A stretch of DNA of 64,000 bases, from positions 21,452,001 to 21,516,000 of the forward strand of contig NC_043007.1 of assembly GCF_006345805.1 (NCBI RefSeq), read 5' to 3'. Source of the stretch: Octopus sinensis. Its lineage: Eukaryota. The translations under genes and the position numbers were made by a program. The first letter of the stretch is position 1. Every line of letters starts with the position of its first letter. The notes under the pieces were generated by a model that was not told the DNA's origin, did not search any database, and worked only from the letters and a program-made list of their open reading frames with translations. Below, one piece after another: positions 47,696-60,310 of the stretch.

Positions 47696-49114
47696 TATAG
47701 CTTTTGTATTTTATTACAAGGCCAGACTTTTCAAAAGAGCGGGTGGAGTACACAGCCAATTTCGTGGACCCCAGTGTTCAACTGGTATTTATTGTATTGA
47801 ACCTGAAAGGCTGAAAGGCTAAGTTGACCTCGGCATAATTTCAATTCAGAGCATGCAGACAAATGAACAACTGCCAAGCACTTTGCCTGGTGTGTTAATG
47901 ATTCTACCTGTTTACCACTTTCTTTAAATGATTAACTTTTGTCAGTGGCTGACACAAAAGAGTAAAAAGCTGGATTGGCACATTACCTACTTATTCTATA
48001 AATCCCACCCCCAGTTTTTATTTATTCGTTTCTTTCAGTTGAAATCAAACATGGAATAATGCAACTTCATGCATGACTGACTGTGGTATGTTTTTCAGAT
48101 TAGTAAAAAGTTATGAAATTTTACTGTATATTTTATTGTACAGTGGTTACGGTTGACAAAATGTTTTGCAGGTTGAATGTTGGGTAGCACAAAGCTAGCA
48201 AACTATATAACACCATCAACAGACTATACAATAAACATTATATAACTAATATGATTTAAAAGGCAGTGAGCTGGCAGAAATGTTAGCACACCAGGTGAAA
48301 TGCTTAGTGGTATGTCGTCTGCTGTTATGTTCTGAGTTCAAATTCCACCGAGGTCAACTTTGTCTTTCATCCTTTCGGGGTTGATTAAATAAGTAACAGT
48401 TATGCACTGGGGTTGATATAATCGTCTTAATCCATTTGTTTGTCCTCTCTGTATTTAGCCCCTTGTGGGTAGTAAAGAGATAGGTATTTCTTCTGCTTTA
48501 TGTTCTGAGTTCAAATTCCACCGAGGTTGACTTTGCCTTTTCATCTTTTCAAGGTCAATAAATTAAGTACCAGTTGTGTACTGGGGTTGATCTAATCAAC
48601 TGCCCCACTCCCCAAAATTTCAGCCCTTGTGCCTAGAGTAGAAGGGATGGTTGTGTGGTAAGAATTTTGCTTCCCAACAAGATGGTCCTGGGTTCAGTCC
48701 CACTGCACAGCACCTTGGGCAAGTGTCTTCTACTGTAGCCTCTGGTTGACCAAAGCCTTGTCAGTGGATCTGGTAGACGGAAGCTGAAAGAAGCTTGTCA
48801 TATGTGCGTGAGTGTGTATATGTATGTTTATATCTATGTGCGTGTTTATCCTCCAGCATTGCTTGGCAACCGGTGTTGATGCATTTACCTCCTCATAACC
48901 TAATGGTTCGGCAAGAGAGACTGATAGAATAAGTACCAGACTTTATATATGAGTAACCCATATCTATCCCTGGTTGCATTTTCGTAATGCAAAACCTGCT
49001 CGTTTGGACATGAACTCACCGGGAAGCATCTGACTAAGTATACGAAATGTTCAGAAGATAATCGACACAGTTGCATATTGTCCTTCTCTTCCAGATTGTG
49101 AAAGCTTACCATAA

Positions 49115-49950
49115 CATCATCATCATCATTATTATCGTTTAACATCCGCTTTCCATGCTAGCCTTGGTTGGATGATTTGACTGAGGACTGGCGAACCAGA
49201 TGGCTGCTTTAGGCTCCAATCTTGATCTGGCTCCAATCTTGAGTTTCTACAGTTGGATGCCCTTCCTAACGTCAACCATTCCAAGAGTGTAGTAGGTGCT
49301 TTTACGTGCCACCGGCACGGGGACCAGTCAGGCAGTACTGGCAACGACCTCACTCAAATGTTTTTTCATTTGCCGGTAAGGCGACACTGGTAACAATCAC
49401 GCTCGAATGGTGCCTCTTACATGCCACCGGCTTGGAAGCCAGTTAGCCACTCTGGCAACAATCATGCTAGGATGGTGCTCTTAGCACCCTACTAGCACGG
49501 GGCACAAGTGTCAGTAAGGCGACACTGGTAATGATCATGCTTGAATGGTGCCTTTTATGTGCCACCAGCACAGAAGCCAGTTAGCCGCTCTGGCAACGAT
49601 CACGCTCGGATGGTGCTCTTAGCACCCTGCTAGCATGGGGCACAAGTGCCAGTAAGGTGACGCTGGTAACGATCACACTCGAATGGTGCCTTTTACGTGC
49701 CACCGGCACAGAAGGCAGCTAGCCACTCTGGCGATGATCACGCTCAGATGGAGCTCTTAGTGCTCCACTAGCATGGAGAACAAGTGCCAGTAAGGCGACG
49801 CTGGTAACGACCACGCTCGAATGGTGCCTTTTACGTCCCACCAGCTCGGAAGCCAGTTAGCCGCTCTGGCAACGATCACGCTCAGATGGAGCTCTTAGTG
49901 CCCCACTAGCATGGAGCACAAGTGCCAGTAAGGCGACGCTGGTAACGATC
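49115..49950 (-). mobile_element. Family C element with an internal 138-bp tandem array
   Basis: GTAAGG(C/T)GAC recurs at 49376, 49514, 49652, 49790 and 49928. Confidence 0.9.
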
Positions 49951-50271
49951 AATCTAAATTCAGTGAAATTTTAAGAGTTCATTCTTTTATAATGATATAT
50001 GGGTTAAAAAAAATAAGTACTGGAGTGAGTTCATTAACTAAAACTTCTTCAGGGCAGTGGCCCCAGGAGGACAGCAATCTAAAGACTAAAACAAGTAACA
50101 AAGAAAGAAAAAAAATAAAGCATAAATAGATATTATAACAATTAGGTTGTCTGTCTGTTTGCGGTCGCATACATGACATAGCATTGAAGTAGGAGGTAGT
50201 CAAATAACAAATAGAGAGTGGAGGTGTGAGTGAGGTATAACACGAGTCATAAATTTCCCTCTTATACTTAA

Positions 50272-50680
50272 CCCGTTTGTGCCCAAATTTGTTTATTTAA
50301 TTTATTAACAAAAATCTTTTTTTATACAACTTTATCTAAATGTACAAAAAACATTTTATTACTGTATTTGAATTGAGCAAAACACTTCATTTCACGTTGC
50401 TCCAGTCCACTCAGCTCGCAAAAGTGAGTAATGCTGCAATGGATTGGTGTCCCGTCCAGCTGGGGAACAGATACGCCATAGAAACTGAGAAACCGGGCCC
50501 ATGAGCCTGGCTAGGCTTTAAAAGGGAGCATTTATTAATTTTTTTTACTGTATTTGAAAGATATTCTAGTCTTGATGACTAATTAAAGGTATCTCAGAAA
50601 AATACAGGTGTTGCAGTAAAATAGTGGATTAACCTTCTGGTCCTTGAAAAAGAAGAAAAAGGGCCATGGGTGCTAATGGG
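50272..50680. mobile_element. Old piggyBac-type MITE with a nested SINE (about 50373-50545)
   Basis: TTAA|CCCGTTTGTGCCCA...TGGGTGCTAATGGG|TTAA. The nested SINE is flanked by TTACTGTATTTGAA. Confidence 0.6.
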
Positions 50681-50933
50681 TTAATACAGTAATATATTGT
50701 GTATTATTCTTTTATTCTTTTACTTGTTTCGCTCATTTTACTGTGGCTATGCTGGAGCACCGCCTTTAGTCGAACAAATCAACACCAGGACTTATTCTTT
50801 GTAAGCCTAATGGGGACGTAAACATACCGTCAGTGGTGGTCAAGCAATGGTGGGGAACAAACACACACACAAATACACACACACTCATACATATATACAA
50901 CGGGCTTCTTTCAATTTCCGTCAACCAAATCCA

Positions 50934-51292
50934 GTGCAAAATCACCTCCCTCTGACAAGTCATCCTAACGAGACGTCTGCCTCGGCTGGGTCATGCCCTC
51001 CGTCGTCAACCAGGAGAATTCATCTACGAAGCAATTGCCCCAGCTCCCCTTCAGGGTTGGCGAAAGCGATGTGGTGGACAATGAAAAACCTGGCTGATTA
51101 GAGTCAAGGCTGATCTGGAACCCAACCTAGGCCCCCATATCTACGGCATTCGCCGCTGGAATAAGGAGTGGTTGGAGATCACGCGGTTGTTAGCCTCAAA
51201 TCGCCAGGTCTGGTCGGCGTTTGTGAGAGATGCAGCATTGAGGATGAATGAAGCCAGCTCAACCCACCCCGGGTGAATGCTGTCTCAAGAAG
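50934..51292 (+). mobile_element. 5'-truncated RTE-clade LINE 3' end inserted into SINE A (50705-51424)
   Basis: RRLPRLGHALRRQ...GWRKRCGGQ*KTW...GIRRWNKEWLE...ASNRQVWSAFVRD...SSTHPG*. The 11-bp TSD AACCAAATCCA lies at 50923-50933 and 51293-51303. Confidence 0.9.
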
Positions 51293-51840
51293 AACCAAAT
51301 CCACTCACAAGGCTTTGGTCGGCCTGAGGCTATAGTAGAAGGCACTTGCACAAGGTGCCACACAGTGGGATTGAACCCAGAACCATGTGGTTGGTAAGCA
51401 AGCTACTTACCACACAACCACTACAGCATATTCTCAAAATTAAGAAAAGAATTTAATATTTAATGTCATTTGAAGAGATGTATTTATTCTCATTAATTAA
51501 CGAAGCTCGTCAGTTTTGACAACGCTGGTAGACTAGTTTTATTACGAATGTCAGTCTTATCACATGTGCCATACATGTGTAAGTTGGAGAAATCTGAGAA
51601 AATGGCTTCTTTCTTTGTTTTTTTTCAACCATTCCTGACTTCAGTTACCGTCATCACCGCCACCGTCATCATATTATGTCTGTTTTCCATGCTGGCATGA
51701 GTTGGACACATGCATACATATATGCACACACACACACAGATACATACACATATATTGACATATATATGTGTGTATGTGTGTATATATATATGTGTATGTG
51801 TGCATATATGTGTCTGTGTATACATATATACATATATATG

Positions 51841-51894
<54 letters not shown>

Positions 51895-51924
<30 letters not shown>

Positions 51925-52078
51925 AGTATATGTATATATATATGTATATATGTGTGTATATGTGTATATATGTATATATGTGTGTATATGTATATATGTG
52001 TGTATATGTATATATATATATATGTATATATAAATGTGTGCATGTGAGCGTATGTGAATTTACAGATATATATATATA

Positions 52079-52157
<79 letters not shown>

Positions 52158-53088
52158 TCTATTGGCTTTAGCTCTGTTAATTTAGTTTGGACTAACTTGT
52201 TTGAAAATGTCCTTCTCATATTGCTACTTTGCCATCATTTTAACTCATCTCGTTCTTCTTAAGTTTCATAGCCAGGCTCTCATCATCTCCATTTCATCAT
52301 TTCTTTCAAAGACTAACCGATGCTTTTGATTCCCAGAATTCAATCCGTTGAGATTTCCTACATTCTCATGTGTAGGAATGTAATCTTGGCGTCGATAACA
52401 ACCATCAGTCGCCATTTTTCCTATTAGCTTCGCTGGTTATCCATCTACTTGGCCCTAATAACTCTTTCCTTATTCGACTGATAATACTTCTTATGCATCT
52501 AGTTTATTTCCTATCCAAGCATTTTTGATATTCAATAAAATTAGGAGATATGGGTATCCTACACCACTAGGCATAGGAGTGGCTGTGTGGTAAGTAGCAG
52601 CGAGCTGGCAGAAACATTAGCACTCCAGGTGAAATGCTTTGCGGTATTTCGTCTGCCACTACATTCTGAGTTCAAATTCCACCAAGGTCGACTTTGCCTG
52701 TCATCCTTTCAGTATCGATAAATTAAGTACCAGTTATGCACTGGGGTCGTTGTAATCGACTCATTCCCTTTGTCTGCCCTTGTTTGTCCTCTTAGTGTTT
52801 AGCTCCTTGTGGGTAGTAAAGAAATTGGTATTTCGTCTGCTGCTACGTTCTGAGTTCAAATTCCGCCAAGGTCGACTTTGCCTGTCATCCTTTCGGGGTC
52901 GATAAATTAAGTACCAGTTATGCACTGGGGTCGTTGTAATCGACTTTGTCTGTCCTTGTTTGTCCCTTCTACGTTTAGCACCTTGTGGGCAATAAAAAAA
53001 ATAATAAGTAGCGTGTCTTCTACTATAACCTCGGGCCGACCAAAGCCTTGTGAGTGGATTTGGTAGATAGAAACTGAAAGAAGCCCGT

Positions 53089-53156
<68 letters not shown>

Positions 53157-53354
53157 TATATGTATATATATGTATATATGTGTGTATATGTGTATATATG
53201 TATATATGTGTGTATATGTATATATGTGTGTATATGTATATATATATATATGTATATATAAATGTGTGCATGTGAGCGTATGTGAATTTACAGATATATA
53301 TATATATGTGTGTGTGTATATATATATATATATATTATATATATATATATATAT

Positions 53355-53389
<35 letters not shown>

Positions 53390-54320
53390 TCTATTGGCTT
53401 TAGCTCTGTTAATTTAGTTTGGACTAACTTGTTTGAAAATGTCCTTCTCATATTGCTACTTTGCCATCATTTTAACTCATCTCGTTCTTCTTAAGTTTCA
53501 TAGCCAGGCTCTCATCATCTCCATTTCATCATTTCTTTCAAAGACTAACCGATGCTTTTGATTCCCAGAATTCAATCCGTTGAGATTTCCTACATTCTCA
53601 TGTGTAGGAATGTAATCTTGGCGTCGATAACAACCATCAGTCGCCATTTTTCCTATTAGCTTCGCTGGTTATCCATCTACTTGGCCCTAATAACTCTTTC
53701 CTTATTCGACTGATAATACTTCTTATGCATCTAGTTTATTTCCTATCCAAGCATTTTTGATATTCAATAAAATTAGGAGATATGGGTATCCTACACCACT
53801 AGGCATAGGAGTGGCTGTGTGGTAAGTAGCAGCGAGCTGGCAGAAACATTAGCACTCCAGGTGAAATGCTTTGCGGTATTTCGTCTGCCACTACATTCTG
53901 AGTTCAAATTCCACCAAGGTCGACTTTGCCTGTCATCCTTTCAGTATCGATAAATTAAGTACCAGTTATGCACTGGGGTCGTTGTAATCGACTCATTCCC
54001 TTTGTCTGCCCTTGTTTGTCCTCTTAGTGTTTAGCTCCTTGTGGGTAGTAAAGAAATTGGTATTTCGTCTGCTGCTACGTTCTGAGTTCAAATTCCGCCA
54101 AGGTCGACTTTGCCTGTCATCCTTTCGGGGTCGATAAATTAAGTACCAGTTATGCACTGGGGTCGTTGTAATCGACTTTGTCTGTCCTTGTTTGTCCCTT
54201 CTACGTTTAGCACCTTGTGGGCAATAAAAAAAATAATAAGTAGCGTGTCTTCTACTATAACCTCGGGCCGACCAAAGCCTTGTGAGTGGATTTGGTAGAT
54301 AGAAACTGAAAGAAGCCCGT

Positions 54321-54358
<38 letters not shown>
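51895..54358. repeat. Near-identical tandem duplication, unit 1232 bp
   Basis: Unique anchors recur at +1232 (52159/53391 and 53081/54313). The breakpoints lie in (TA)n(TG)n tracts. Confidence 0.95.
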
Positions 54359-54379
<21 letters not shown>

Positions 54380-55189
54380 ATATGTTTGTGTTTATGTGTC
54401 TGTGTTTGTCCCCCCCCCAACATTGCTTGACGACCAATGCTGGTGTGTTTATGTCCCTGTAACTTAGTGGTTCGGCAAAATAGACTCATAGAATAAGCAC
54501 TAGGCTTACAAAGTATAAGTTCTGAGGTTGATTTGCTCGACTAAAGGCAGTGCTCCAGCATGACCACAGTCAAATGGCTGAAACAAGTAAGTTGAGGTTT
54601 ACATTGTTTCTCCTAAAATTACCTGAAGAAGGGACCCTAAGTTCAAAATATTGAAATACAAGACAGAAGGAACAAACTATTGGCTTGTATTATTTCCTGT
54701 AAGTCACATTGTGTGTGTGTGTGTGTGTGTGTCCTGCCACCCTCTGCTTAGCAACTGGTGTCGACTTATTTATACTCCTGAAACTTAGCAGTCTATTAAA
54801 AGAGACCAATGTAATAAGTACCGGCATCGATTTGCTTGATTAAACCTTTCAAGGCAGTGCCCCAGCATGGCCACAGTGCAATGACTGAAACAAGCAAAAA
54901 AAAATAATAATAAAAGGGAAAAGGAAGCTCTGAATATCAGATTACAATCTTATAAAACACACCTGTGTTTCTTACCCCCTGCTTTGCTTACAGCAGTGAA
55001 TCATTTGCACCTGTTGTGCCAAACGAATGGTTATTAAATGACCGTGAAAATATCTTGTAAACTGACTCCTTGGTTGGTTCTCCTCTTCTTCATCACATCC
55101 TTTCTTTGCAACCCCTTCAGGATGAGTCACTTTGAGGAGTTTAACAATTATGAAGGGATTAAAACTTTGCCAACAAAGGAATTTCACCT

Positions 55190-55470
55190 CATCGTCATCA
55201 TCATCATCATCATCATTGCCCTCACCATCATCATTGTCAGTATCATCACCATTATCATCATCATCACCATCACCATCATCACCATTATCATCACCATCAT
55301 CCTCATCACCATCTTCACCACCACCATCATCACCATTATCATCCTCATCACCATCATCACCATCATCATCACCATCATCACCACCACCACCACCACCATC
55401 ATCATCACCACCACCGTCATCGGATATTAAAAATGATGACAACGACGACGATGATGATGATGATGATTAT
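55190..55470. repeat. (CAT/CAC)n microsatellite followed by a (GAT)n tract
   Basis: Seen directly; source of the poly-D/G, poly-S/P and poly-I/T ORFs. Confidence 0.95.
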
Positions 55471-57633
55471 AGATTTATCAGTGTAGGCATGGCTATGTTG
55501 TTAAAAAGTTCATTTTCAACTCACATGCTTCTAGGTTCAATCTCACTGCCCAACACCTTTAGAAAGTGTTGTCTGTTGTAACCTTGGTTGGCAACGCCAA
55601 GAACTTTTGAGAGAAAATTGCTTTGCTGGAGTTGTGTGGAAGCTTGTCAATTGATGTGTATCAGTTTTTAGGAGAGTGTGCAGGGTTCATTGTTCTGTTC
55701 AGCACTACCACCTGACTCTTGCACCTGACTCTACCGCCTGACTCTTGCACCTGACTCCTGCACCTGACTCTACCACTAGGCTCTTTTGGTCCATTTAGCA
55801 GAGTTCATTCTGGTACGAACATTCAACATAGACTCCAGTCTGAGGATAACTCATGAGTCATAGTTCCTTTCTCCCCACCATTGTCTGAGTCACTGCCAAA
55901 AAAATTATTTTAATTGAAAAAAAAATAAATAAAAGTAAAAAATGAAAATAATAAAAATAAAAAAGGGTACTGGCTCTGACTAAGCTATTAAGAAAATGAA
56001 AAAAAAAAGGCCCCAAAACTAATAAAAAATGAATTGTGAATGAGTGATTATTTTTAGACTTAGCCTTGTAAAGAAAAAAAAATATGTAATTAATATCTCA
56101 AGAATATACATTTTCTTATTTTGTATATGATGACCTAGTAAGTATAATGAAGCATTGTTCTGTTTCTGGCCAGCAAAAGGTGTTACAAGGAGCCATATAT
56201 TTTCTTTCTTCGTAAAGAATGTCTTGCATGCTGTAAATTTTTGACTGAATAAAAATTGAGCCAACGACGGAGCCTTTATTTGGTTACATGACCTGATAGA
56301 AATGAGAGATTAATCTCCGTTGAACCTCGCCCCTATCAGATTTGGCAAAAAAAAATTAGAAAAAAAAAAAAAGAAAAAAAAGATGCTTGGATAATGTTGT
56401 CCCAGGCAGACAAGGCTGGAATGCCTTTGATTTGGGTTGATTTGGGGGCTAGGGTTATACAACATCATCATCATCATCTTCATCGTTTAATGTCCGCTTT
56501 CCATGCTAGCATGTGTTGGACGATTTGACTGAGGACTGGCAAACCAGATGGCTGTACCAGGCTCCAGTCTTGATCTGGCAGAGTTTCTACAACTGGATGC
56601 TCTTCCTAATGCCAACCACTCCGAGAGTGTAGTGGGTGCTTTTACATGCCAGTGGCACGAGGGCCAGTCAGGCGGTACTGGCAACAGCCACGCTCAAATG
56701 GTGTTAAATGACATTCTACCATCTTAGAAAAGGAAAAGAACATATTGGATGATGTAATTCCAGGTTCAGTTATCATCATCATCATCATCATCATCATCAT
56801 TGTCATTTAACGTCCGCTTTCCATGCTAGCATGTGTTGGACAATTTGACTGAGGACTGGCGAACCTCATGGCTGCACCAGGCTGCAATCTTGATCTGGCA
56901 GAGTTTCTACTGCTGGAAGCCCTTCCTAATGCCAACCACTCCGAGAGTGTAGTAGGGCCAGTCAGGCAGTACTGGCAACGGCCACGCTCAAATGCTGCTT
57001 TTTATGTGCCACCTGCACAGGAGCCAGTCCAGCGGCACTGGCAATGACCTCGCTTGAATGTTTTTTCACGTGCCACCAGCACTTCAATATTTTAATCTTA
57101 TTTGTTAAATTATTATTTTAGATTGTGTGTGTGTGTGTGTATCATCACCACCACCACCATCATCATCATCATTTGACATCCGTTTTCTATGCTGGTATGG
57201 GTTGGATGGTCTGACTGGTAAGGCCAGGGGTCCACACCAGGATCCATGGTCTGTTTTGGCTTGGTTTCTACAGCTTGATACCCTTCCTTCCTAATGTCAA
57301 CCACTTTACAGAGTGTACTCTCACTCTGTCTTCCTGTTTCTGTCGTACCTGTATTTCAAAGGGAGCCAGCCTTGTAACACACTGTGTCACGCTGAATCTC
57401 CCTGTGAACTACGTTAAGGATACACGTGTCTGTGGAGTGCTCAGCCACTTGCATGTTAATTTCATGAGCAGGCTGTTCCGTTGATTGGATCACCTGGAAC
57501 CCTCGTCGTCATAACTGACGAAGTGCCATGATATATATATATATATATATAAGGATAAGATCGTTAATTTAAATATCGATCTTATCAAGTGGCCAGCATG
57601 GGAATAAAAACCTTCAAAGGTAATAATTATTAT

Positions 57634-57848
57634 TAAAATTATAATTTAGGGTATCAAAGAGATACCAACACGCTGGAAATAGCAGCTAAAGCTTGACTCT
57701 AAAACTACATTTAATGTTCTCATACAGCACCAGGAGAGAAGACAAAATGACAAAATAAACTAGCAAAACTTTTGCTAGTTTAGAGTCAAGTTTTGGCTGC
57801 TATTTCTAGCGTGGTGGTATCTCTTAGATACCCTAAATTATAATTTTA
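57634..57848. repeat. Foldback with arms of about 73 bp, between (TA)n and (TG)n
   Basis: 57634-57707 pairs with 57776-57848. Inner hairpin AAACTAGCAAAACTTTTGCTAGTTT. Confidence 0.85.
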
Positions 57849-60250
57849 TATGTGTGTGTGTGTGTGTGTGGTGTGTTATATGTAGAAGAATATATATGTA
57901 TATATAGGTGCAGGAGTGGCTGTGTGGTATGTAGCTTGTTTACCAACCACATGGTTCCGAGTTCAGTCCCACTGTGTGGTACCTTGGGTAAGTGTCTTCT
58001 ACTATAGCCTCGGGCTGACCAAAGCCTTGTGAGTGGATTTGGTAGATGGAAACTGAAAGAAGCCCGTCGTATATATGTATATATATGTGTGTGTCTGTGT
58101 GTTTGTGTGTCTGTGTTTGTATCCCTAGCATTGCTTGACAACCGATGCTGGTGTGCTTATGTCCCAGTCACTTAGCGGTTCGGCAAAAGAGACCGATAGA
58201 ATAAGTACTGGGCTTACAAAGAATAAGTACCGGGGTCGATTTGCTCGGTTAAAGGCGGTACTCCAGCATGGCCGCAGTCAAATGACTGAAACGAGTAAAA
58301 GAGTATATAATATGTCTGTGTGTGCACTGAGCATCATAATCTATCCATGCACACACACACACACACTTTGTATTTCACCATCTCTTGGTTAAGCAAATTC
58401 TTGATGTCTGCGGCTTCCAGTTTTCTTCTTAACTTCCTTAATTCTTTTACTCATTTGCTTACATAAGAATTATTGATAAGGAAAAACGCAATTGAAATGA
58501 ATTCTGTTAGAAGTTTTTAAAAACATCTGCTCTTGGTTGCAAATTCTTTATGCAATATCTGTCGTCATCATCATCATCATCATCCATCATCATCATTATC
58601 CTTCCTATCATCAGCCCTCATTTGTTTCCAAGCAAAGTAATATTTCTCCATGGTCAGACATGTTCTCGCAGAATCTTGGAAACAAATGACATTGCTTCTA
58701 TGACAGTGGCAATCATTTATAACAGTCGTGTGATGTCAAGACAAATTCACACGTACACACGATGGACAGCTGTTACTATAGCCCCAGGCTATAGTGAAAG
58801 ACACCTACCCAAGGTGGAGCATGCAATCGGAATGACCTCAAAGCCATGTGAGACAGATACGGGTCAGTGATTGCTTAAGTTGTTCATAATTTAGTTATTT
58901 AGCCATTTCTCTTCTTGATTGTAAATATTGTAATTGGTGAGTTTCACTGTCTGTCAGAATTTCCAATTGGATTCTTATTCTTAGAACTTACAACATTCAA
59001 CTGGGCCCCATTCATAAGAATTTATTTACATAAATGGGACGTTTAGTAACAGAGTGTCGTAAACACCACCCCGGGCCATTTTCGAGGTTAGTGTATTATT
59101 TTCTTTGTCTCGACGTCTAGAATCTGAAAAGGTTGTGAGGAAGAACTGGTGAGGCTTGCAATAAGGTTGAAAATAATTGTACCTTGGCGCTATTGACACG
59201 ATGCACACTCACCCAAACTTGGACCAGAGAGTTTAGTAACACACCATCATAAGCACACACCCTCAATCAATAACCTTGGTGTGGTTCCTGTATCATTTTT
59301 CGAGGTGTTATGGCTCGTTTTCTAATATTCCTCGTTACCATCATAACAATAATGGGCTAATATCTTACTACCTTGTCTTACTTACCTCTTAAAGATACTT
59401 ACCTTGGTATATTAAAACATAAACAATACCTTTGGAGGGGTCTCTGTATGTTTTTCTAGGTATTATGGCTAAAATATGCAATATGATACACCATTTCGTA
59501 GTTCTGGTATATTCTACAAAATGAGAAAGATGCAGTCATTGTTTCATCTTTCAGATGCATACATAAATAAATAATTTTCCATAGGTGGAATGATTAGAAG
59601 AGGTCTTCATGGTCATTTTAAAACCAAAACCTGCTTCCTAACTTCATTCCTTACCAAGATATCACATTCTGAAAGTCATATGGCTGCATTTTTCTTGGCT
59701 TTTAAGTTGTGGTGTTTACAACAGTCTGTTATTAAATGCCTCAAAAAATATTGAGAATTTCTGCAAAATAGTCCTTAAAATGATTGATAGATTTTTCACT
59801 ATAAGCATTGTGGTTGTATGATCTGTGATAATTATCTTGATATCAATTGCTTGTAATTGGTTTCAAATTTTGAAACAAAGCCAGCAATTTTGAGGGAACA
59901 ATGTCAATTTTTGTCATTTTTATGTCAACCCCCAAACCTCAACTGATACTTATTTTATTAACCCTAAAAAGATGAAAAAGCAAAAATCAACCTGGGTGGA
60001 AATTGAACTCCGGATGTAAAGACAGATGAAATACCTCTAAGCATTTTGTCCGAAGTGTCAACAATTCTGCCAGTTTGCCACTTCTTTGCTTGTAATTGCT
60101 AAAAAAAATTGCTAAAATACATGTGATGCTACTCAAACACGTTTATCAGCACATCATCATCATCGTCATCATCATGGTTCTTACATAGAAAAATGCAAAG
60201 CCTTGTGAGTGGATTTGGTAGACGGAAACTGAAAGAAGCTCATTGTATAC

Positions 60251-60310
<60 letters not shown>

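Noticed and set aside
54972-55581. Acidic D/G-rich and S/P-rich ORFs
   Set aside because: They are driven by a (CAT/CAC)n microsatellite; the flanking unique part shows no recognisable domain.
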